DNA from: Octopus vulgaris
Taxonomy: Eukaryota
Reading direction: 5' to 3'
Assembly: GCA_951406725.2 (NCBI GenBank)
Contig: OX597817.1
Coordinates: forward strand, 59,892,001 to 59,956,000
Length of the DNA: 64,000 bases
Of this stretch, positions 12,076 to 22,230 are shown piece by piece. The notes under the pieces were generated by a model that was not told the DNA's origin, ran no database searches, and saw nothing but the letters and a program-made list of their open reading frames with translations. The first letter of the stretch is position 1. The number at the start of each line of letters is the position of its first letter. The translations under genes were made by a program, and so were the position numbers.

Positions 12076-13389
12076 GTAAGACACAGTTTTTTTTAGCTTA
12101 TTTTTTTCTCACTGGATTGACAATGTTGTGTGTGTGATTGTGATGGTCACTTTGCAATCATGTGGTTTTAGGTTCAGTGGCTTTGTGCAGCTCTTTGGAC
12201 AAATGTGAATTTGGCTGAAGGAAACTGGGCAGAAGCCCATCTCACACACACACATGCATACATGTGTGTGCGTGTCTGTTTCTCACTGCTTAACAACCTG
12301 TGCTGGTTTGTTTCCATTCCCACATTTTGGTTGAAGGAAACTGGGCAGAAGCCCATCTCACACACATGCATACGTGTATGTGTGTTTTCTCACTGCTTAA
12401 CAACCTGTATTGGTTTGTTTACATTCCTACAATTTAGCAGTTCAGCGAAATAAATGTTGGTGGGGATAAGTACTGGAGCCAATTTGATTAAATTCTTCAA
12501 TGTGGTGCCCCAGCATAGCCACAATCCAATGACTGAAGCAGAAGATAAAAGATAAAATCCAAAACATTCTCCAGAACTTTCTAACATCTCTGCCTGAAAC
12601 CTTATATTCTTTGTGTGTGGCAACAGCTGAAGAACAAGGCATTCTTCAGTTGGTAGTCTGTCTAAGTAGCCTGGTCTTGTAATGCCATTGGCAGAATGTG
12701 GGGAGAGAGAGAACTGAGAAGCATGCAGCAGCCTTGGAAGTAATTGTTGCGTCTTTGAACTAATTGAAGACTTGTGTGTAGAAAAGGCTGTTGCTTATTA
12801 GGCGTTAGGTAAGGGCATCCAGCCATGGAAACCATGCGAAATCAGACTGGAACCTGGTATAACTCTACGACTTACCAGTTCCAGTAAGACCATCTAACCT
12901 TTGCCAGCATAGAAAACATGCTAAATAATGCTAGCATCGCCTTACCGGCACATGTGCCGGTGACACATTAAAAACAACATTCGAGCATGGTCATTACCAG
13001 TGCCACTGGACTAGCTCCCATGTAGGTAGCATGTAAAAAAAAAAAAAAAACCACCTTTCCAGCATGGTCATTGCTCGTACTGCCTGACTGGCCCTTGAGC
13101 CAGTGACACGTAAAAGCACCCACTACACTCTCTGAGTGGTTGTCATTAGGAAGGGCATCCAGCTGTAGAAACCTTGCCAGATCAGATTGGAGCCTGGTGC
13201 AGCCTCCTGGCTCACCAGTCCTCAATCAAACCATCCAACCCATGCCAGCATGGAAAGTAGACGTTAAACGATGATGATGATGATATTTTTAAATGTAGAG
13301 ATACTGAAAGACAGACAAAATTTTGGTATCCAAAAGCTATCATTCTTCCACTTTTGTATGGTCTTAATATGAAAATATATTTCTTTTAG

Positions 13390-13513
13390 GGGGTTCGCTC
13401 TCCAGTCCTGAAAATCTCAAACCTTGAGGTTGGAAATTACAAGTTTACTTTGAAAGTCACGGATACAGGTGGACAGAATGCCACAGCAGACGTACATGTT
13501 TTTGTGAAACCAG
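13390..13513 (+). CDS. KIAA0319L: KIAA0319-like coding exon, PKD3 part 2
   Basis: ttttag / gtttgt, phase 0-1; GVRSPVLKISNLEVGNYKFTLKVTDTGGQNATADVHVFVKP. Confidence 0.92.
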
Positions 13514-14890
13514 GTTTGTTGAAAAAAAACTTAACACCATATTTCTTGTCTGTTTTTTATAATGTCCATGGTTGAATATTTCAGTTTTATTTTCATATTT
13601 TTATCGATGGGAAATTTATATCTCTGCTGTACAATCTTATCCAAAATGTTTACAGTTGTGTTAGGAGCATGTAGTCCTTGCACTGACCAAAGCCTTGAGA
13701 CTTGATTTAGTAGATGGAAGCCTGTCAAGTGTTGTAGTTGTTGTTGTTGCTTTGCCTTGTTGTTGTGTGATAGCTATGAATGAATGTTAACATGGAAGTG
13801 GTCCCCTTCAGTTCCAGTGTTGTGGGAAAACATGCCCAGCCATGGGGAAATGTTACCTTGTTTGGAAACAGGCAAGAGTTAGCAGAAGGAAGGGCAGTCA
13901 ACCATAGAAAGCTTGCCAACAAATTCTGTGTGACCCATGCGAGCGTGGGAAAGTGGACGTTAAAACAATGATGTTGATAATGATGAAAACACATCAAACT
14001 AATAAGGGAGCATCTGCAGTTTGCTTGACCTGCGAGAAATAGTTGTGTGCATCCCAACTACATCGTCCAGTGTGAACATTTTTCTAAAAAAAAACCAATA
14101 AGGTATGATTAGAGGGAGATCATCATCACCTTCCGAAAATGGACATTAAAAGAGGATGATGATGATGGTGATGGTGTTGTTGATCTCCTTCAAATCATAC
14201 CTTATTGTTTTTTGTTGTTTTTTTTTAAATATTCACATTGGATGATGTCGTTGGGATGCAGTGTCTGGAAAGAATACAAGTTGTTTGTGTCTTGAAGAGT
14301 TTTAATAAGAAATCAGCTGAATCTCGTCTGACATGGGATTAAGGAACAATGTTGTGTTTTGGATAGATCGGAAGAACAGGAGTTGTTTGTTGTATTAATG
14401 AGGGGGCCGCCTGAGGTCAGTATTAAATGGGAGCTAGAGAGGAGAAGGGAAAGACAGAGATGACAAAAGAATAGGGATAATGTTAAAAACCCAATTGATT
14501 TACCCATATTCAAACAACATTATTTGTTTCATAGGGAAATTAATGCTCAACAGTAAGGTTTACTCTATAGTGGGTGTGTGTGTATATATATTACCTTCGA
14601 AACGCAGAGTAGCCAAAACAGGGACAACTGAAGAAGGGGAATATTCCTTGTGTTGCATGTCTTGTACTCTGTTTTTTCATTGTATGAAAAAAAGTTCGTT
14701 TCCATGTTTTTGTTTTTATGTTTTCGTTTCTCATTGTATTCAACGTTTTTTTGATGTCCTGTACCCATATATGCATGTATATATACATATAGATGTAGGT
14801 ATGTACATATATGTATATATTTATATATTATTTATATTATTCTATGATCGAACACCATGCATCCTTTTCCAAGTAAGTTTTATCTTAATT

Positions 14891-14962
<72 letters not shown>

Positions 14963-14999
14963 CACAGACATAAATCTATACAGATCTTCTCATTTGCAG

Positions 15000-15132
15000 A
15001 GGTGAACCAGCCGCCAGTTGCTGTTACTGCTGGAGAAATAACTGTTGTATTACCAGTTGCCAGCCTCGTCCTCGATGGTCAGAACAGCACGGATGATAAA
15101 AACATTGAAACCTACTCATGGAGACAAACAAG
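15000..15132 (+). CDS. KIAA0319L: KIAA0319-like coding exon, PKD4 part 1
   Basis: ttgcag / gtagga, phase 1-2; EVNQPPVAVTAGEITVVLPVASLVLDGQNSTDDKNIETYSWRQT. Confidence 0.92.
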
Positions 15133-16003
15133 GTAGGACGAATGTTTGCTACTTTCAAAATTGTTTTTCTGAGCTGGCGGAAGCGATAGGACATGAGACA
15201 AAATGTTTAGTGGTATTTCTTGTGACTCGTTATGTTCTGAGTTCAAATTCCAACAAGATCATCTTTAACTTTTAGTCCTTTTGGGCATTGATGAAATAAA
15301 GTACCAGAGATGTCGTTAGTTGACAAATGGGAATAATCTTCTTGTGAATACTGTCCCTACTCGTTTTCTATCTCATTCTCCATCTTTTTCCTTTCTTAAA
15401 TCTACACACTATCAAAAAAAAAAAGATGAAGACAGAAAGTTGAAATGGAGTGATAGTGGCAGAAAGTGTGTGTGTGTGTGTTTGTGAGTGGTACAGGCAT
15501 GGTTGTGTGATTAAGGTGCTTGCCTCCCAGTCATGTGATCTTAGGTTCTGTCCTGCTGCACAGCACCTTCAGAAGGCGTCTTCTCTAGCCCCGGGCTAAC
15601 TAAAGCTTTGTGAGTGGGTTAGACAGAAACTGTAAGAAGCCCAACGTGTGTGTGTATGTATGTACCTTTATCTTGACATCACATGACAGATGTAAATGAC
15701 CTTCACTGTTATACAAGCAAAGTTATTCATTTCTAGTTTTCTTTAGGAAACGTGTGTGGTCAAGGGGAAATATTACTTTGCTTAGTAAAAGGTGGGGGTT
15801 GGGGATGGTGCTCTTCCTGTCACCAACCCTATGACAGGAAGAGGATCCGGGTGTAGAAAATCTGTCTCAACAAATTCCATCTAACTCATACAAACATGGT
15901 GGTTATTAAATGATGATGTGTTTGCAATATTAAATGATGTTCTGCTAATTACTGAGGTTCCGTGTTTTGTCTATCCTCAATCCCCATGCTGTCTTTCTCG
16001 CAG

Positions 16004-16152
16004 TGGACCCCAGTTGACATTGTCCAATTCAGACAGGAACATTGCCACAGCAACTGGTGACATCAAAGTGGCAGTGTACATGTTTAAACTCACAGTCTAC
16101 GACATACAGAAGCAGTCCAGCTCAGCAAATTTGAAGATCACCGTCACCCAGA
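16004..16152 (+). CDS. KIAA0319L: KIAA0319-like coding exon, PKD4 part 2
   Basis: tcgcag / gtaagt, phase 2-1; SGPQLTLSNSDRNIATATGDIKVAVYMFKLTVYDIQKQSSSANLKITVTQ. Confidence 0.9.
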
Positions 16153-17110
16153 GTAAGTGCTTTGGCTATCTTATTGTCTCTCATAATATTCATTGTGGCT
16201 GCTGGCATGGCTGTGGGGTTTTAAGAGGTTTACCCATAAATGGTTTCGGGTTCATTGTTACTGCTTGTCTTCTAATTTAGCCCTGGGGTAAATGCTTTGT
16301 GAGTGGATTTGGTAGATGGAAACTGAAAGAATCCTGATGTGTATGTGTGTGTGTCTTGTTTTGACATTGAGTGACAGTTGTAAATGAGTGTCCCTGTCAT
16401 ACAAGCTGTGCCATTCTTTCCAGTCTGGCTGTGGGGAAATATTACCTTATCTGGAAAGAGGTGAGGGTTGGCCACAGGAAGAGCACCCGGCTGTAGGAAA
16501 TCTGCTTCATTCAAACTCATTCCAACCATGCAAATGGATGTTAAAAGAAGGATGATGATTTGTCTGGTGTCCCTGGATAAATTCCTTGTTGCTTAGAGGC
16601 TCTGCTCAATGCCAAGCATTGGTGAACAGTTCCAATAATGTTGTTGCAAAATCATCCTTTTTCCCAGATTCTTACGATTTTGTCTTTGAGCTGATTGGTT
16701 GCTTGGATTTTCTTTTTCTTCAAGAACCACATGGTTTCAAGTTCAGTCCCATTGTGTGCCACCTTGGAAAAATATCTTCTACTATGGCCTGGGGCTGCCA
16801 AATCCCATGTGAGTGAATTGGATAGACAGAAACTGTGTGAAGCCTGTCATATGTGCATTTGTGTTTGTCCCCACCACCACCACCACTCACTAACCAGTGT
16901 TGGTTTGTTTATATTCTTGTCATTTCGTGGTTCTGTGACATAAATACCAGACTATAAAGAATAAGCAGAGTGGAGTTGGTTTGTTTTTAACCAAACTCTT
17001 GAAGGTGGTGCCCCAGCATGGTCGTGATTCAGTGACTGAAACAAGTGAAAAGAGAAAAGACAAAGAAAATAATGTCTATATGTTTTGTAATTTCTAAATT
17101 TATCTTTCAG

Positions 17111-17262
17111 AGGAAAACAAGGCCCCCATGGCGGACGCTGGAGGGGACAAAGTGATTCAACTCCCAAAATTAATAGTTTTGCTGGATGGATCCCGTTCAC
17201 ATGATGACCAGAAAATTGTTCGCTATCAGTGGACCCGAGATCCAAGCAGTCTGGCTGCAGGG
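17111..17262 (+). CDS. KIAA0319L: KIAA0319-like coding exon, PKD5 part 1
   Basis: tttcag / gtaggt, phase 1-0; ENKAPMADAGGDKVIQLPKLIVLLDGSRSHDDQKIVRYQWTRDPSSLAAG (WTRD..S.AAG motif). Confidence 0.93.
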
Positions 17263-19090
17263 GTAGGTCACCCCAGTTTGAATATTGAATTTCTTCTAAA
17301 GTTATTGGGTTCTTGTCTGGAAACAGGTGAAGGTTACTAAAAAGAACAACAACATCCAGCAGCAGATAATTCTTCTCTGTGGATTTGTCTGACTCTGTAA
17401 ACTCAGAAAAGTGAACACACACACATACACACACACACTCATTGTTTAGGATAGAAAATGAACTTGTGCACTAATGTAATGTAATGTAATGTGATAAAAC
17501 TGGTTCCCTTGCCTGATTTTTTGTGATTCAGTGGCCTCCAAGTTAACAGTTCCGTTGGGATCATCATCATCATCGTCTGCTTTCCATGCTGGCATGGGTT
17601 GGATGGTTTGACTGAGGACTGGCAAACCAGATGGCTGCACCAGGCTCCAGTCTTGATCTGGCAGAGTCTTTAAAGCTAGATGCCCTTCCTAATGCCAACC
17701 ACTCTGAGAGTGTAGTGGGTGCTTTTACGTGCCACCAGCACGAGGGCCACTCAGGCAGTACTGGCAACGACCACACTCAAAAGGTGTTTTTTATGTGGTA
17801 CTTTCATGGGAGCCAGTCCAGCAGAACTGGCAATGACCATGCTCAAACATTTTTCACTTGCCACCGGCACATGTGCCAGTAAGGTGATACTGGCAATGAT
17901 CACACTCGAATGGTGCTTTTTACGTACCACCGGCACAAGAGTCAGTCAGCAGCCCTGGCAACAATCATGCTCAGATGGTGCTTTTAACGTTCAACTGGCA
18001 CAAGTGCCAATCTGGTGCTATTGTCATCGGCCATGTCAGCAATTTTGATGTTTATGCCTTTCCCAAGAATGTTCTCCCACTCTATCATCTCCCCCGCTAT
18101 TCCCTGCTGCATATAATGTGGGATAGCCATTATATCTCCTCCACAAAAAGACACCTCTCAACACCTGGCATAAAGCCACTGCCTCCACCCCCTCCCCTTT
18201 CAAATATTACCCCCTATTTAGTAGGTCTGAGGGGGTGCATTTTCCTTTTCTTTTCTTTTTCTTTGTTGTTTTCTTGTCTTGGCAAGTTAGTTGGTAGCAC
18301 ACAGAAAGCACTCTGTACATACCGTAATGTGGTTGGCATTAGGAAAGAAGGCCATAGAAAGTCTGCCAACAAATTCTGTGTGACCCATGCAAGTGTGGGA
18401 AAGTGGGCGTTGAAACAATGATGTTGATAATGATGAAAACACATCAAACTAATAAGGGAGCATCTGCAGTTTGCTTGACCTGCGAGAAATAGTTGTGTGC
18501 ATCCCAACTACATCGTCCAGTGTGAACATTTTTCTAAAAAAACCCAATAAGGTATGATTAGAGGGAGATCATCATCATCATCCGAAAATGGACATTAAAA
18601 GAGGATGATGGTGGTGGTGGTGTTGTTGATCTCCTTCAAATCATACCTTATTGTTTTTTTGTTGTTTTTTTTAAATATTCACATTGGATGATGTCGTTGG
18701 GATGCAGTGTCTGGAAAGAATACAAGTTGTTTGTGTCTTGAAGAGTTTTAATAAGAAATCGGCTGAATCTCGTCTGACATGGGATTAAGAAACAATGTTG
18801 TGTTTTGGATAGATCGGAAGAACATCCAGCTGTAGAAATCAGGCCAAAGAATGCCACTGGAGCTCAGCAGATCCCATCAAACCATCCAACCCATGCCAGT
18901 ATGGAAAATGGACATTGAGTCATTATGATGATGATGATGATAGCAGACGGATGGTCAGGCTGGCTGGCTGGCTGGCTGGCTATGGGAAATATTTTTTTAC
19001 CGTTGCAGGAATAAAGATTAAGAAAACTGTGTTTGTCTTTTAGTGCCTGCCTGAATCACTTGTTAACATATTTTCCTTTATATTCCACAG

Positions 19091-19229
19091 GAGATTGCCA
19101 ACAACTCAAACTCGGAAGCTGTGCTGCAACTTATTAACCTAATCGCTGGCAGATATATCTTCACTCTTCATGTCTTTGACAGTGATGGTCTGTCCAGCTC
19201 TGATTCTGCTTCCATTATTGTCAAACCAG
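19091..19229 (+). CDS. KIAA0319L: KIAA0319-like coding exon, PKD5 part 2
   Basis: ccacag / gtaaga, phase 0-1; EIANNSNSEAVLQLINLIAGRYIFTLHVFDSDGLSSSDSASIIVKP. Confidence 0.92.
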
Positions 19230-19653
19230 GTAAGAACTGGGTTTTTACTTCTTCCCCACCCACTCATCCATCCATACAAGTTATTTTTAATGGTTTTTTT
19301 TTTGCATGTGTTTTTAAAGAAAACAATAAATTGTTCTATAAAGAAACCTTACCCCATGTGTGACCCAGCAGATCTTGTGCTTTCAGTATTCTGTGATCAC
19401 ATTGTTTTCTCTTCTCTGTTCTCGAATGACCTCATTTCAGTCACACTCTTGCAATAATGCCCCTTGCAGGGATCTTTCCATGGCCCTTTGTACCCAATCA
19501 ATGTTCTTCCTCCTTGATAGTAACCCATTTGTCAGATAGGAGTGTAGGGGGACAGTGCCATTGAAGAGACTAGTGTGTAGGCCCTAGTCTAGCTTTGCTT
19601 TGAGCACATCTTTTATTGAGGGTTTTTGGGGTTGACGTGTGTGTGTGTGTGTA

Positions 19654-21095
19654 TAAGGTGGTATCAAAGAGTTCCCAGTCTAGTTATATGTTTAATAAAA
19701 AAATGACTTATTTACTTAAGTTTTAACATCATCATCATTATTGTTTAACGTCTGTTTTCCATGCTGGCATGGGTTGGGTGGTTCGACTGGGGTCTGAGGG
19801 GGCTGCTCCAATCTGATCTGGCAGTGTTTCTAATACTGGATGCCCTTCCTAATGGCACCACTCCAAGAGTGTAGTGGGTGCTTTTTACGTGCCACCAGTA
19901 CAGGGGCCAGAGGGGTCTGGCATCGACCACGTTCAGATGGTGCTTTTTACGTGCCACCAGCACAGGGGTCACAACTACAATTTCCATTTGATTGTAATTT
20001 ATTTTGATTTTGATGTCTTTGACTTAATAGGTCTCCTCAAGCACGGAATGTTGCCCTACAATCCAAGGTACTCTTGAGTGGGCTGGGGCTGATTATGCGA
20101 CACTGGTGTAGGTTACAGCTGTGAACTCGCTTTGTTTGCCAAGTCTTCTCAGTCACAGCATATCTCCAGAAGTCTCAGTCTTTCATCATTGCCTCAGTGA
20201 GGCCCAATATTCGAGGGGCATGCTTCAGCACCTCATCCCATGTCTTCCTGGGTCTACCTCTACAGTCATATTGTACAACAACACACCAGTTCAAATGTTC
20301 CCCCCACTTTCGGAATCCAACCTGGAAGTTGGTTTCCATAAGTGAGACAAGGACCTTCTGCAATTCACTCTTGATCTCGACAATGGTGCTAAAATGGTGA
20401 CCCTTGAACTGCATTTTCATCTTGGGGTTAGAGAAAGAAGTGCACAGGTGCTAAATCTGGCAAATAAGGGTGGGTGCAGACGTGATACCCTGTTGTTTTT
20501 GGCAAAAACCTCACGAGTGGAGAGAGCTTGGTGACATGGGGCAATGCCATTGTGAAGAATTCAGTTCTTAGTGCTCCACAGATCTGATCACTTTTGCCGA
20601 ATGTCTTTCTCCCTCAAATGCTTCAAAGTGTCACAGAACAACTCACAACTCTCCATTGATGGTCTGGCTTTGGTGGAAGAATTATCAATGTACAATTCCA
20701 CATTTATGGGACATGACACACCTGGCAGGTCTTCCAGATTGCTCATTGTCTACCAGGGACATTCTTCAACTATTAAAGGACCTGTGCCACTCGAAACATT
20801 GCCTCCTCACCATAAGCTTGCCAAGGCATGTTCAATGTCTCTGTAGCAGACTTCCCAAGCTTAATGCAGAATTTCATGTTAGCCCTTTGTTCCTGTCCAT
20901 GACAAAATTGCAGACTACAGCAGACACGGGATCACAAGATTGCAAATTTCACAATTTGCAGAGTAAACACAGCGATATCGCTTGGCACATCACTTCATGA
21001 AGGTTCACTGCTAGCTCTCACTGCACGTGCAACCACATGCTGCCATTTGTTGGTGCACAACAGAACTAATCCAGGAACTTTTTGATACCACCTTG
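19654..21095 (-). mobile_element. Decayed, internally deleted mariner DNA transposon
   Basis: Imperfect TIRs AAGGTGGTATCAAA(G/A)AGTTCC at both ends; minus-strand transposase relics EQRANMKFCIKLGKSATETL, ILHNGIAPCH (HDNA-like), PYLPDLAP, KGHHFSTIVEIKSE; stops and frameshifts. Confidence 0.85.
19727..20263 (-). mobile_element. 5'-truncated RTE LINE 3' fragment nested in the mariner
   Basis: RGRPRKTWDEVLKHAPRILGLTEAM plus a 3' UTR and (GAT)n tail homologous to the 3' end of the long RTE. Confidence 0.85.
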
Positions 21096-22230
21096 TGTGT
21101 GTGTGTGTGTATATATATATATGTATATATATATGTATGTATGTGTGTATATATATATGTATGTATGTATGTGTGTATATATATATGTATGTATGTATGT
21201 GTGTGTATGTATGTATGTGTGTATATATATATGTATGTATGTATGTGTGTATATATATATGTATGTATGTATGTGTGTATATATATATGTATGTATGTGT
21301 GTATATATGTATGTATGTGTGTATGTATGTATGTGTGTATATATATATATGTATGTATGTGTGTATATATATATATGTATGTATGTATGTGTGTATATAT
21401 ATATGTATGTATGTGTGTATATATATGTATGTATGTGTGTATATATATGTATGTATGTGTGTATATATATGCATGTATGTGTGTATATATATGCATGTAT
21501 GTGTGTATATATATATGTATGTATGTATGTGTGTATATATATATGTATGTATGTATGTGTGTATATATATATGTATGTATGTATGTGTGTATATATATAT
21601 GTATGTATGTGTGTATATATATATGTATGTATGTATGTGTGTATATATGTATGTATGTATGTGTGTATATATATATGTATGTATGTGTGTATATATATAT
21701 ATGTATGTATGTATGTGTGTATATATATATGTATGTATGTGTGTATATATATATGTATGTATGTGTGTATATATATATGTATGTATGTATGTGTGTATAT
21801 ATATATGTATGTATGTGTGTGTGTATATATATATGTATGTATGTGTGTGTGTATATATGTATGTATGTGTGTGTGTATATATATATGTATGTATGTGTGT
21901 GTGCATATATATATGTATGTATATGTGTGTGCATATATATATATATATGTGTATGTATGTGTGTGTACATATATATATATGTGTATGTATGTGTGTGTAT
22001 ATATATATGTGTATGTATGTGTGTGTATATATATATATATATGTATGTGTGTATATATATATATGTATGTATGTATGTGTATATATATATGTATGTATGT
22101 ATGTGTATATATATATGTATGTATGTATGTGTATATGTATGTATGTATGTGTATATATATATGTATGTATGTGTGTGTATGTATATATGTATGTATGTGT
22201 GTGTATGTATATATATATGTATGTGTGTAT
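21096..22230. repeat. Compound (TA)n/(TG)n/(TATG)n microsatellite, about 1.1 kb
   Basis: Direct reading; similar tracts at 26294-26530, 26666-26848, 34962-35228 and 36096-36222. Confidence 0.97.

Larger units (their letters stand above)
13902..18824 (+). repeat. Dispersed duplication of about 475 bp (13902-14378 and 18352-18824) containing a long inverted repeat
   Basis: Two highly similar copies in different introns; near-identical ORFs 13725..14057 and 18214..18507 in the track. Confidence 0.92.

Noticed and set aside
12210-12435. Tandem duplication of about 115 bp
   Set aside because: Internal slippage within an ordinary SINE copy; no further significance seen
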